From a plasmid: DNA of 64,000 bases. Below, in pieces: positions 37,421 through 48,119 of this stretch. The DNA lies in the sequence record NZ_CP110904.1, one strand, 5' to 3'. The notes beneath the pieces are model-generated. The model saw nothing but the letters and a program-made list of their open reading frames with translations, had not been told where the DNA came from and did no database searches. Numbering within the stretch: the stretch's first letter is position 1; each line of letters opens with the position of its first letter. The position numbers and the translations under genes are program-made.

Positions 37421-38188
37421 CTAACGATTGCCGCGCAGAAGCTGCAGCGCATCCTGCGTATCGAGTGAGAACCGGACCTGCTGACTGGCGGCCACATCGA
37501 GCGCAAATATCTTTGTGTACACTTCCGTTGATTCAAACTTCTTGTGCCCCATCAGGACCTGCAGAACCTTCGGGTGAACATGGCCATATAAAAGGTGCAT
37601 TGCGAAGCTGTGTCTGAACGTATGCGGGCTGACCGGAATACTGAATCTCACGCCGTCCCGTTCCGCTGCGTCGACGGCACGCTCAAGCCAGTTGCGTACT
37701 GTCCGGTCGGTAACTCCCCAGACCGGCATGGCCCGATGTTCACCTATTAGCTTGTCGTCCTCGAATCTTTCCCGCGTGCTCGCAAATAGCCGACGCATTT
37801 CATCCACGTATCCGGGGTCTGACAGCGGGATCACCCGGTTCGCACTTTTTTCCTTTTTCGGGCGACCGCCAGCTGTGCGGCGTTGTTTGGCCGTACGGAC
37901 CACCACGTGCGGGATCTAATCATTGAGGTGAAAGTTCCTTCTTCTGAGTGCCAGTGTTTCGTTGAGGCGTGCGCCGGTGTTCCACAGCGTGTTAATAAAG
38001 GCGTGTTGATTCCAGTCGGGTAAGTAATGCAGCAGACCAGCCACTTCCGGTGCCAGAAGGTATTTAGGCATCTCGTTATAGTGCCTGGCCATTTCCCGCA
38101 GCGAGAGAGCCCGGCCGTAGTCAAACGGTGCAGAAGTGGCAGTCACCTGCAGGGCAGGGGAGTGATGAACAAAAGCGGGCAGATTCAT
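37421..38188 (-). pseudogene. Tyrosine recombinase/integrase (255 codons) interrupted by a single in-frame TAG
   Basis: The N-part ORF (…RRRNFHLND) ends with TAG at 37916-37918. The same frame continues IPHVVVRTAKQRR… into the catalytic C-part (HTFRHSFAMHLL…HKKFESTEVYTKI: H-x-x-R box and Tyr). No frameshift. Confidence 0.75.
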
Positions 38189-38409
38189 AACGCACCTGGC
38201 GATAAGGATGCGCTACGCAAAATCTGGCCCGATAACCCCCGTTAACCGTGTCATTTTTCACCTAGCGCAATCTGGTGAAGTTCTGGTTCCATTTTCGCCG
38301 CTGCCGGCGTCGGAAACTACGGAAAAAACCCGCAGAGCCAGGATCTTACATTTTCCTGTTTCTGGAAATATACCATAAAAAGGAAAGAGATAATTTAGCA
38401 GGCTGATCA

Positions 38410-38436
38410 GAGAAGGATCCAAAATGGATCCTTTTT
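38410..38436 (+). terminator. Hairpin GGATCC-AAAAT-GGATCC followed by TTTTT
   Basis: Read from the sequence. Its function is uncertain, as no convincing + gene lies upstream. Confidence 0.3.
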
Positions 38437-38721
38437 CCTTGGATGATGTGGTGATCGGGTGGTGGTAAGGCCCATATGATGTGTTCTGTGACAAACTGCC
38501 CCCGGTGAGGCAGCGCTTCCTGAAAATGGGGTTTTCGGATCCGCGCGGCGGGAAACCGGCAAAGGATATGATTATATGGAGAATATAAGAAAATCATATT
38601 TAGTGTGATATTTATCATTAAACATAAAATCATATCTGATATGATGTTTAACAATTTACGCATAAATAATACCAAGTATGATTATCCACTTAACAGGACA
38701 ATATCAGACGGAGCGTGCAGG

Positions 38722-38982
38722 ATGGATCAGGAACTGAATTTTTCACTCAGCTATGAGCAGCTTTTTCAGGAAGCGGAAGCACAGATTAAAAAATGCGATC
38801 TCCGCGAGGCTGGCCCTTACTACCTCCAGGAGCTGAACAAAGCCCGGGACTTCCTGGCTTTCTGGCACCGGCTGGCGCTGAAAGGGCAAACAGGAGCACC
38901 GGATGCCCGTTTCTATGACCGCATAGACGCCGACTGGGAGCGCCTGGACACGCTTATCCGGAACGGGAACAACGCAGCATGA
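38722..38982 (+). CDS. Hypothetical protein (86 aa), first gene of the GC-rich trio
   Basis: The ATG at 38722 is preferred over the track start 38605, which lies in AT-rich DNA. The gene overlaps the next start (ATGA). Confidence 0.45.
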   Translation: MDQELNFSLSYEQLFQEAEAQIKKCDLREAGPYYLQELNKARDFLAFWHRLALKGQTGAPDARFYDRIDADWERLDTLIRNGNNAA

Positions 38983-40190
38983 CCACAGCCAACGCACGTC
39001 GTCCGTCACCGCTGCAGCGCCGGGTGCTGATTGTGCTGGCCGCCCTCGGTGCGAAACGTCCGGGACCGGTGGCGACAAGAGATATTGAGCGGGTGCTGGC
39101 GCAGGGCGGGGAGGCCCCGGTGTACGGGCCGAACCTCCGCGCCTCCTGCCGGCGCATGGAAGCCGCGGGCTGGCTGCGCACCCTGCGCGCCCCGAACCTG
39201 CAGCTGGCCGTTGAGCTGACGAACGCCGGCCGTGAGCTGGCCGCCCCGCTTCTCGCTGACGAACAGGCGCGCGTCCTGGCGGAACAGCGTGCAACGGCGG
39301 TCCGGGTTCTGCCCCTGGTCCCGCGCAGCCAGACAAAGGAAGCTGACGACCGCCCGGTGGAGCTCGACGGTTGCTGGCACCAGGCGTGCCGGGGCGACTA
39401 CGTTATCCGTCTTGACGGCACCACCTGCCTGCAGCTGTGGAGCGCGGCCGGGCAGGTGACGCGCCTGGAAGGTGATCCCCTGCAGGTCGCCGCCTGGCTG
39501 CAGGCCTGCCACGATGCGGGGATTGCGGTCCGGGTGCAGATCAATGAGAGCGCCGCGCCGGAGGAGGGTTCACCGGACGGTACCGCGCCGGCGGACCTGA
39601 CCGGCACCTGGTACCGCCAGCTGGACACCGCGCTGCAGGCGCTGGGGATCACCGGGCTGACTGAGGATATTCGCCTGGCCGTGGTCAGTCCGGAAGCGTC
39701 CCTGCGGATGCTGCCGGCACCGGCGCGCCTGCTGCACGTTCTGCGCGACGCGGACCCGCTCACGGCTGCCACATACGAGGAAGACACGGAGGCCGCGCTG
39801 GACGACCTGCTGGCCCGCTCGGGATTCACGGGCGACCAGGCGCAGGAGCTGCAGTGGCACCGCATCCGCTGGCCGCAGATGAGTCAGGAAGAAGCTGACC
39901 GGCGCGAGCTGAACAGCCTGCTGGATGAACTGGAACAGCGACAGCTGTACTGCAACCGCGGGCAGCTGACGGAGATTGTGTTTTCGCCGGTCCGCAAACC
40001 CGGCGAGCGCTGGACTGACCGTCTGCAGTGGCTCCTGATGACGGACGGATTCGGGTTCCGGAGTCCGCTCTCCCGTGACGCAGGCTCCCGGGCGCTGGCG
40101 ATCCTGGCCGGTTACACGGGGCAGGAGGTGGCGGAACATCTGGCCACGGTTATCGTCTGGAACGACGACAGCGCGGGGACGCCGTCATGA
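38979..40190 (+). CDS. Hypothetical protein (403 aa), very GC-rich
   Basis: About 74% G+C over 39061-39180 by my count. Ala/Arg/Leu-rich. Overlapped at both ends by its neighbours (ATGA junctions). No motif recognised. Confidence 0.55.
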   Translation: MTTANARRPSPLQRRVLIVLAALGAKRPGPVATRDIERVLAQGGEAPVYGPNLRASCRRMEAAGWLRTLRAPNLQLAVELTNAGRELAAPLLADEQARVLAEQRATAVRVLPLVPRSQTKEADDRPVELDGCWHQACRGDYVIRLDGTTCLQLWSAAGQVTRLEGDPLQVAAWLQACHDAGIAVRVQINESAAPEEGSPDGTAPADLTGTWYRQLDTALQALGITGLTEDIRLAVVSPEASLRMLPAPARLLHVLRDADPLTAATYEEDTEAALDDLLARSGFTGDQAQELQWHRIRWPQMSQEEADRRELNSLLDELEQRQLYCNRGQLTEIVFSPVRKPGERWTDRLQWLLMTDGFGFRSPLSRDAGSRALAILAGYTGQEVAEHLATVIVWNDDSAGTPS

Positions 40191-40840
40191 GCACAGGCAA
40201 CGTCCATTTGATTGTGACCTGCACGAGCCGTAAAACCGTGCCTGCAGGTGATTCGGTCTTTCCGGATGAACGTGACGTGGAGAGAGCTTACGGGCTCTGG
40301 CTTGAAAGGCTGGCGAAGGCCCGACGCGGATCGCCCTCCATGACCGCCGGCGAGCTGTATACGGGCCAGCACTGGAGCAGGGCAGCTGCAGCTGCGGCGC
40401 GGAACGGTGCCGAAATGTGGGTGATTTCAGCTGGCCTGGGGCTACTGCACGTATCAGACCCGGTGGTCCCGTATGAAGCGACGTTCTCCTCGATGCCGTT
40501 CTGCCATCGCACTCACTGGGAACGGCTGACAACGCGACCGCCTGCGGAACGGCGGTGTGCCTCCCTGAAGACGCTGATGCAGGCAGGGCCTGACGATCGG
40601 TTTGTGGTCGCCGCCTCCCCGGTGTACCTGCGCGCCGTTGAATCTGACCTGCTCGCGGGGAGGGGAGCGCTACGTACATCTGAACAGCTGCAGGTTGTCA
40701 CCTCAAAGGGTTACCAGGGGAAGCTGAAAGACAACGTCAGATACACCAGTGCGGGTATGATGAAGGCACTGAACACCAATATGACGGGGCTCAATATCAG
40801 CTATGCATCTCAGTTACTTGTTAACGACGTAAGTAAATGA
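40187..40840 (+). CDS. Hypothetical protein (217 aa), third gene of the GC-rich trio
   Basis: Translationally coupled to the upstream gene. No motif recognised. Confidence 0.55.
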   Translation: MSTGNVHLIVTCTSRKTVPAGDSVFPDERDVERAYGLWLERLAKARRGSPSMTAGELYTGQHWSRAAAAAARNGAEMWVISAGLGLLHVSDPVVPYEATFSSMPFCHRTHWERLTTRPPAERRCASLKTLMQAGPDDRFVVAASPVYLRAVESDLLAGRGALRTSEQLQVVTSKGYQGKLKDNVRYTSAGMMKALNTNMTGLNISYASQLLVNDVSK

Positions 40841-41018
40841 CATAAGAGTAAGCACCCTGACAGGACGTAAAACTAAAACTCGCGACTTCTTTTTTGATAT
40901 ACGTTACTCAGAAACGATATCATAGGATTTCAGGGAAATATTACGTGCTCTGCTTTCCGAAAGGCTGAACACAATCAAAACAGCCATAAAATATGTATAT
41001 GTAAGGTGCCATTATAAA

Positions 41019-43040
41019 ATGGATTTAGTTTTAGATAATCAAACGAAAAGTTATGCAGTGCAAAATTACAGGCAAGATATAGATGGTCTTCGCGCTGTCG
41101 CCGTCCTGCTTGTTATATTATTTCATGCAGGATTGTCATACTTCCCTTCGGGCTTTATTGGTGTTGATATATTTTTCACCATATCAGGCTTTCTGATTAC
41201 CGGAAAAGTCATCAGTGAAATTGAAAGAGGAACATTCTCACTAACTAATTTTATAAAAGGCAGATTATGGCGATTGCAGCCTGCACTGCTGGTGACAATT
41301 CTCGGCGCAATCATTGTAGCGACATACTGCTACATGCCTGACGATTACACCGCATTCGCAAAAAGTGCCAAATACACCACTCTTTTCTTATCAAACCAGT
41401 ATTTTGATAAGCTTAGTGCAGCATATGCATCTCCTGACTCTGATTACTTCCTGCTTTTGCATACATGGTCGCTGGCAATTGAATGGCAGTGGTATTTTTT
41501 CTTTGCGATTTTCGCGACCATTTTGACACTACTGGCCAGTAAATTTAAAAGAAAGTTTGCGTATAAGCCGTTCCTTTATGGCTGGTTGTTACTTACCTTA
41601 ACTGCAACAATAGTTGTTATTCTTGTCAGTCTGTACTCGCCCAGTCAGCATTACTACTCATTAAATATGCGCGCTTTTGAGTTTCTGATTGGTGGGAGCG
41701 TAGCTTTATTAAAGGACAGAGTTCAGATAACCAACAGATGGATAACTAATACTCTGGCAGTAGTAGCTATCGCTGTACTTATCTGCACTTCAGGTTTAAG
41801 CATACCTGTTGAGACATATCCAAATAGCTGGACACTGCTTGTTTGCCTTGCCTCAGCAACATTACTGATAAACCAGAACACATTCGTAAATCGCACCTTA
41901 CAGTTAGCACCGATAAACTACACAGGGAAAATTTCTTATTCTCTGTACCTGTGGCACTGGCCCATTTTTGCGGCGTTCAACTATCTTGAGTTCTCTCTGT
42001 CCGGCAGGACACTGTGCATTGCGCTGGTGATAACTGCAGGACTGGCGGTGCTTACCTATCACGGTATTGAAGAGCGCTTCCGACGGGTTAAGCTGTCATT
42101 TGCAAAGAGTATAATCCTGCTTGTATTACTCCCTCTTACGGTCTGCACAAGCCTTTACTCATTAACCGTGAAAACGAATGGTTTGCCACAGCGCTTCAGC
42201 GATGAATACAATCGCTCGTTACAGCTGCTGAATTCCGCCTCCGAGAATGCCGCATCGAGGGATGGCTGCCTCAGTGGAAGCCAGGACCTTACGGACTGTC
42301 AGTTCGGCGATCATGAAGGTTCGAAGAAAGCCTTTCTGATTGGCGATTCAAACGCTAACCAGTTCTGGGGGTTTTATGATGTGCTGGCTAAGGATGCTGG
42401 CATAAAAATGTATTCCCTCACCACCTCTTCGTGCCTGACCTTACCAGGAATTTATCAGTTTGACTGGTGGAAATATAAAGGTGTCAAATATCAGGAATGT
42501 CATGATAACGCAGAGCAATATTATGATTATATAAAATCAAATCACTTTGACTACGTCATTATAGGGCATGTATGGTCAAACTATTTTGCAGCCCAGTTAA
42601 TCACTGACGATGGGGATGAGCGAAGTGAAGCACTCTCAGACAGTCGATACGAAATGGCGTTACGTACAGCCATACGTACTATCATAGATGCGGGTTCAAA
42701 GCCAATCATCATGTTCACCATTGCAACCATGCCACGCAACTATCAAAACTGTATAAATCAGCACGTTATTCATCGACGTCCATTTGACATCAATGAATGT
42801 GATATGCAAAACCCGGCAAATACCAACGGGGAAAAAGTCACGCAACTGATGAGTAAAATGAAGGCTGAGTTCCCAGCGCTGACTTTTATTGACCCTAAAT
42901 CAATACAGTGTATTAGTGGTAAATGCATTACCAATATTGATGGCGTAACTGTTTATCGTGATGTGGGACATCTTACCGATTATGCTTCCTATAAATTCGG
43001 TCAGCTGTACCTAAATGAATTTGGTAATCCATTAAAATGA
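41019..43040 (+). CDS. OafA/YrhL-type integral-membrane O-acyltransferase (acyltransferase_3 plus C-terminal SGNH domain)
   Basis: Family signature DGLRAVAVLLVILFHAG at the N-terminus, about 10 hydrophobic helices over 350 aa, then a ~300-aa soluble C-terminal domain. About 35% G+C. Confidence 0.85.
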   Translation: MDLVLDNQTKSYAVQNYRQDIDGLRAVAVLLVILFHAGLSYFPSGFIGVDIFFTISGFLITGKVISEIERGTFSLTNFIKGRLWRLQPALLVTILGAIIVATYCYMPDDYTAFAKSAKYTTLFLSNQYFDKLSAAYASPDSDYFLLLHTWSLAIEWQWYFFFAIFATILTLLASKFKRKFAYKPFLYGWLLLTLTATIVVILVSLYSPSQHYYSLNMRAFEFLIGGSVALLKDRVQITNRWITNTLAVVAIAVLICTSGLSIPVETYPNSWTLLVCLASATLLINQNTFVNRTLQLAPINYTGKISYSLYLWHWPIFAAFNYLEFSLSGRTLCIALVITAGLAVLTYHGIEERFRRVKLSFAKSIILLVLLPLTVCTSLYSLTVKTNGLPQRFSDEYNRSLQLLNSASENAASRDGCLSGSQDLTDCQFGDHEGSKKAFLIGDSNANQFWGFYDVLAKDAGIKMYSLTTSSCLTLPGIYQFDWWKYKGVKYQECHDNAEQYYDYIKSNHFDYVIIGHVWSNYFAAQLITDDGDERSEALSDSRYEMALRTAIRTIIDAGSKPIIMFTIATMPRNYQNCINQHVIHRRPFDINECDMQNPANTNGEKVTQLMSKMKAEFPALTFIDPKSIQCISGKCITNIDGVTVYRDVGHLTDYASYKFGQLYLNEFGNPLK

Positions 43041-43066
43041 ATCAGGTGTACGGTAATGACTCCAAC

Positions 43067-43570
43067 TTATTGATAGTGTTTTATGTTCAGATAATGCCCG
43101 ATGACTTTGTCATGCAGCTCCACCGATTTTGAGAACGACAGCGACTTCCGTCCCAGCCGTGCCAGGTGCTGTCTCAGATTCAGGTTATGCCGCTCAATTC
43201 GCTGCGTATATCGCTTGCTGATTACGTGCAGCTTTCCCTTCAGGCGGGATTCATACAGCGGCCAGCCATCCGTCATCCATATCACCACGTCAAAGGGTGA
43301 CAGCAGGCTCATAAGACGCCCCAGCGTCGCCATAGTGCGTTCACCGAATACGTGCGCAACAACCGTCTTCCGGAGCCTGTCATACGCGTAAAACAGCCAG
43401 CGCTGGCGCGATTTAGCCCCGACGTATCCCCACTGTTCGTCCATTTCCGCGCAGACGATGACGTCACTGCCCGGCTGTATGCGCGAGGTTACCGACTGCG
43501 GCCTGAGTTTTTTAAATGGCGGAAAATCGTGTTGAGGCCAACGCCCATAATGCGGGCGGTTGCCCGGCAT
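43067..43570 (-). CDS. insB: IS1 InsB (made as an InsAB' fusion by frameshift)
   Basis: [50 protein letters not shown]… is the canonical InsB. Confidence 0.9.
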   Translation of the reverse strand: MPGNRPHYGRWPQHDFPPFKKLRPQSVTSRIQPGSDVIVCAEMDEQWGYVGAKSRQRWLFYAYDRLRKTVVAHVFGERTMATLGRLMSLLSPFDVVIWMTDGWPLYESRLKGKLHVISKRYTQRIERHNLNLRQHLARLGRKSLSFSKSVELHDKVIGHYLNIKHYQ

Positions 43571-43764
43571 CCAACGCCATTCATGGCCATATCAATGATT
43601 TTCTGGTGCGTACCGGGTTGAGAAGCGGTGTAAGTGAACTGCAGTTGCCATGTTTTACGGCAGTGAGAGCAGAGATAGCGCTGATGTCCGGCAGTGCTTT
43701 TGCCGTTACGCACCACCCCGTCAGTAGCTGAACAGGAGGGACAGCTGATAGAAACAGAAGCCAC
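43489..43764 (-). CDS. insA: IS1 InsA
   Basis: [43 protein letters not shown]… is the canonical InsA. Confidence 0.9.
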   Translation of the reverse strand: MASVSISCPSCSATDGVVRNGKSTAGHQRYLCSHCRKTWQLQFTYTASQPGTHQKIIDMAMNGVGCRATARIMGVGLNTIFRHLKNSGRSR

Positions 43765-43797
43765 TGGAGCACCTCAAAAACACCATCATACACTAAA

Positions 43798-45783
43798 TCA
43801 GTAAGTTGGCAGCATCACCAATTGACGATACAAATCACTCAGTTCTGTTCTTAATTTTTCTATATCCTTCTCCTCACCTGAATTCTCGATCGCCAGTAAT
43901 TGCTTTTCTTTAACAGTAATTCTTTCACACAACTCTGATAGCGTTGAACAAAATGCCTCTGTATGAGTGGCAGGATAGACGCTTTCATCCTGTTCAGTAC
44001 TCCGCTTACGAACTGAAGTCACTGGTTTAATTTGATGTTCCAGGTTATAGGCTATCTGACGTTCCCTGCGATTGTGCGTTTCATCCATCGCCTGTTTCAT
44101 GGCCGGAGTGATCCTGTTTGCATAGAGTACGGCTTTACCCTCCACATTACGTGCCACACGTCCAATCATCTGAATAAGTGCGTGTGATGAACGTAAAAAA
44201 CCTGCATGGTCAGCATCAAGTATCGCGACCAGTGAGGCTTCAGGGATGTCGAGTCCTTCACGCAGCAGACTGATGCCGATTAAGACATCAAATTCCCCGG
44301 CCCGTAATCCATTGATAATTTCCTGTCTTTCATCTGTTTTGATATCAGAATGCAGATATCGGGACAGGATCCCATTTTCTGTCAGAAAATCATTCAGTTC
44401 TTCTGCGGTCTTTTTGGTCAGCACTGTCACCAGGACACGATTGTTTCTGTTGACGCAATGACGGATTTCTTCAAGTAAGTTCTCCACACACTGGTCTTTG
44501 CTTCGGACCTCAATTTCGGGATCCAGTAAACCGGTGGGGCGGATAATTTGCTGAACAACATTTTTCTTTGATTTCTGCAATTCATATTTACCTGGGGTTG
44601 CGGAAACAAAGACAGTCTGGGGCTTAATCTTCTCAAACTCAGCAAAACTCAGGGGACGATTGTTTTTTGAGGAGGGCAGACGGAAGCCGAAATCGATAAG
44701 AGTATCCTTGCGACTCTGATCGCCACTGTACATGGCTGAGATTTGCGGGACCATTACGTGCGATTCATCAACAAAGAGCAGACCATTTTTTGGCAGGTAA
44801 TCCAGCAGCGTTGTCGGTGGGAGTTCCGGATTTCTGTCGCTGAAATAGCAGGAATAGTTTTCCATACCTGAGCAGTAACCCAGTTCACGGATCATTTCAA
44901 CATCATTGTTAACGCGTTCGTATAAGCGCTCAGCCTCTATCAGACGATTTGCTTTGTTAAGTTCAGCAACCCGTTTCTCCATGTCAGTAAGAATGCTTTT
45001 GGTGGCTGAGGGTATTTTTGCGGTCGGTGTAACAAAGAGTGTTTTGGGTGATATTAAATAATGTTCAATGTCGCCCGTAATTTTCCCACTGACAGGATCA
45101 ATCCATTTTGCGGATTCTATAACATCATCAAAGAGTTCGACCCTGATGGCCTGATGTTCGGAATCGGCAGGGAATATATCAATAACGTCACCGCGAACCC
45201 GGAACATTGCCCGTCCCAGAGTTTTGTCTGTACGGGCATACTGCAGACGTGCCAGTTGATGAATTAACTCCCGCTGGGCGAGTTGTCGTCCTGGGTATAC
45301 CGGGATCTGGATCTCTCTGTATGCGTCCGGATCACCTAATCCGTATATCGAAGAGACGGAAGCGACGACTATCACATCCTGACGTTCAATCAATGCCTTG
45401 GTCGTAGATAACCGTAACCTTTCAAGATGATCGTTGATAGCGGAATCTTTCGGGATAAAGCGGTCACTTCCGGGGATATAGACTTCTGGCTGAAAAAAGT
45501 CGTAGTAAGAAACGAAGTATTCGACAGCATTTTCTGGGAAAAACTGCTTCATCTCCAGATAAAGCTGTGCGGTTAACGTCTTGTTAGGAGCCAGTATTAA
45601 TGTAGGGCGCTGCAAACGGTGTATCACATTCGCCATGGTGAAGGTTTTACCCGAGCCGGTTATCCCCTGAAGTGTCTGATGTGTTGCTCCTGCTTCGACT
45701 CCCGCTATCAGTCTGGCTATTGCTTCGGGCTGATCTCCTGACGGGATATAGCCTGAATGTAAAATGAATTTTCCTGTGGACAT
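43798..45783 (-). CDS. UvrB-family excinuclease subunit, divergent paralog (661 aa); C-terminus supplied by the IS1 end
   Basis: [46 protein letters not shown] and the DEAD/helicase motifs are colinear with E. coli UvrB but diverge substantially from it. SD AGGAGA before the ATG at 45783 (track 45825). The last six codons VMLPTY plus the stop lie inside IS1. Confidence 0.85.
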   Translation of the reverse strand: MSTGKFILHSGYIPSGDQPEAIARLIAGVEAGATHQTLQGITGSGKTFTMANVIHRLQRPTLILAPNKTLTAQLYLEMKQFFPENAVEYFVSYYDFFQPEVYIPGSDRFIPKDSAINDHLERLRLSTTKALIERQDVIVVASVSSIYGLGDPDAYREIQIPVYPGRQLAQRELIHQLARLQYARTDKTLGRAMFRVRGDVIDIFPADSEHQAIRVELFDDVIESAKWIDPVSGKITGDIEHYLISPKTLFVTPTAKIPSATKSILTDMEKRVAELNKANRLIEAERLYERVNNDVEMIRELGYCSGMENYSCYFSDRNPELPPTTLLDYLPKNGLLFVDESHVMVPQISAMYSGDQSRKDTLIDFGFRLPSSKNNRPLSFAEFEKIKPQTVFVSATPGKYELQKSKKNVVQQIIRPTGLLDPEIEVRSKDQCVENLLEEIRHCVNRNNRVLVTVLTKKTAEELNDFLTENGILSRYLHSDIKTDERQEIINGLRAGEFDVLIGISLLREGLDIPEASLVAILDADHAGFLRSSHALIQMIGRVARNVEGKAVLYANRITPAMKQAMDETHNRRERQIAYNLEHQIKPVTSVRKRSTEQDESVYPATHTEAFCSTLSELCERITVKEKQLLAIENSGEEKDIEKLRTELSDLYRQLVMLPTY

Positions 45784-46024
45784 TATGATCTCTCCTGGTT
45801 GGAACGCCCCGGACAGCGTTAACACTACTACACTATAGTTTATGACAACCCGACGTAAGGCATTTATGCCTGACTGAAGAAAAGTTATTTGTTCTGTACC
45901 AATAAGTTGGCGTTCTGTTCACTTCTATTGTGTACCGTTAAAGTACGAATGTGCCTGATACAACTCTGTCATCTGTCTGGGTTTGTACATCGTGGGGTCA
46001 ATATTTTTTCTTGCATAGTATAGG

Positions 46025-46046
46025 GGGGTATACTATAGTCTCTTCA
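46025..46046 (+). promoter_or_regulatory. Probable FrmR operator (ATAGTATA-GGGGGG-TATACTAT) embedded in the frmR-frmA promoter
   Basis: Perfect AT-rich inverted repeat flanking a G6 tract, the CsoR/RcnR/FrmR operator type. -35 TTGCAT (46021) and -10 TATAGT (46044) are 17 nt apart. Confidence 0.65.
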
Positions 46047-46069
46047 ATCCTGATTAACAGGGACAATCA

Positions 46070-46345
46070 ATGCCACATTCTCCAGAAGAAAAGAAACAGG
46101 CGCTTGTCCGGGTACGACGTATCAAAGGTCAGATTGCAGCGCTGGAACAGGCGATTGAAAACGAAGCGGAATGTTCTTCATTGTTGCAGCAACTGGCTTC
46201 GGTACGAGGAGCCGTTAAAGGCCTGATGACTGTTGTTCTGGAAAGCTATCTCAGGGAAGAATTTCCCGATACGAACAAAAGAAGGGGGTCGCAGACGAAA
46301 TCTATCAACGACGCTATTTCCATTGTTCGCTCCTATCTCCGTTAA
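46070..46345 (+). CDS. frmR: FrmR-family (CsoR/RcnR-like) formaldehyde-responsive repressor, divergent copy
   Basis: MPHSPEEKKQALVRVRRIKGQIAALEQAIENEAECSSLLQQLASVRGAVKGLM… matches the FrmR fold and the Cys35 region. Confidence 0.85.
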   Translation: MPHSPEEKKQALVRVRRIKGQIAALEQAIENEAECSSLLQQLASVRGAVKGLMTVVLESYLREEFPDTNKRRGSQTKSINDAISIVRSYLR

Positions 46346-46400
46346 CTCTGCCAGGCAGACGTCTGATGGGGTCAGTAAAAACAGTAATAAAAGGATATGA

Positions 46401-47513
<1,113 letters not shown>

Positions 47514-47563
47514 TTCAGGTTTCACTGGCGATCTTTCAATATTAGTTTTAAAGGAAACAATCC

Positions 47564-47962
47564 ATGTCCAATCCAGTTATTTCAGGCAATGGCATCTTCT
47601 CTCACGTCTTTATCGGTGCTGTAGATGTTCAAAAGTCGGCTGAGTTTTATGACGCCACTTTAGGTGCACTCGGTATCAACAACCTTGGTCCTTTTGGTAA
47701 TGGCTGGGTGTTGTTTGGCCGTGACAAGCCGGCTTTCATCATTGCCCGTCCTGGCAATGGTGAAGCGCCATCCAGCAATGGTGTGACGATTGGCTTTGCT
47801 GCCGCCACGCCTGCTGAAGTTGACGCTTTCCATGCCGCAGGCCTGGCTGCTGGCGGGACTGATGAAGGTCAACCGGGTCCTCGTGGTCATCTGCCAGGTG
47901 CTTATGCTGCCTACCTGCGTGATCCGGCTGGTAACAAGATCTGCTCCTATACCTTCATCTGA
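47564..47962 (+). CDS. VOC/glyoxalase-bleomycin-resistance family protein (132 aa)
   Basis: Size and pattern typical of the small VOC family (…HVFIGAVDVQKSAEFY…). Confidence 0.6.
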   Translation: MSNPVISGNGIFSHVFIGAVDVQKSAEFYDATLGALGINNLGPFGNGWVLFGRDKPAFIIARPGNGEAPSSNGVTIGFAAATPAEVDAFHAAGLAAGGTDEGQPGPRGHLPGAYAAYLRDPAGNKICSYTFI

Positions 47963-48119
47963 TCGTAGGGTGCATCCGGCACAAATGTTGTACGGTTTGT
48001 CAGTCAGGCGAACGGTATGAGTTGTGCCAGCTTATGAAGATCAACCCGCAGACGTTTACGTCTGCGGGTATCTTTCTCGAAGCGTAATGTGACTGGCCGT
48101 CAGAAAAAGAGAGAGTCTT

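Larger units (their letters stand above)
43052..43819. mobile_element. IS1 (768 bp, complete)
   Basis: Ends GGTAATGACTCCAACTTATTGAT (43052) and ATCAGTAAGTTGGCAGCATCACC (43819). insA and insB lie inside. The flanks CAGGTGTAC and AATTGACGA are not a 9-bp duplication. Confidence 0.9.

Noticed and set aside
38743-40701. Many long ORFs on the minus strand and in alternative + frames inside the GC-rich trio (e.g. 38743-39336 -, 39006-39512 -, 39398-39865 -, 39570-40139 -, 40185-40679 -)
   Set aside because: At ~74% G+C, stop codons are rare in every frame. These ORFs overlap the three co-directional, translationally coupled genes and encode Arg/Pro/Ala-rich low-complexity sequence, so they are antisense artefacts.
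43052-43819. Searched for 8-9-bp target duplications flanking IS1
   Set aside because: The flanks differ at every offset I tried (CAGGTGTAC versus AATTGACGA), so no duplication was annotated. This is reported as a finding instead.
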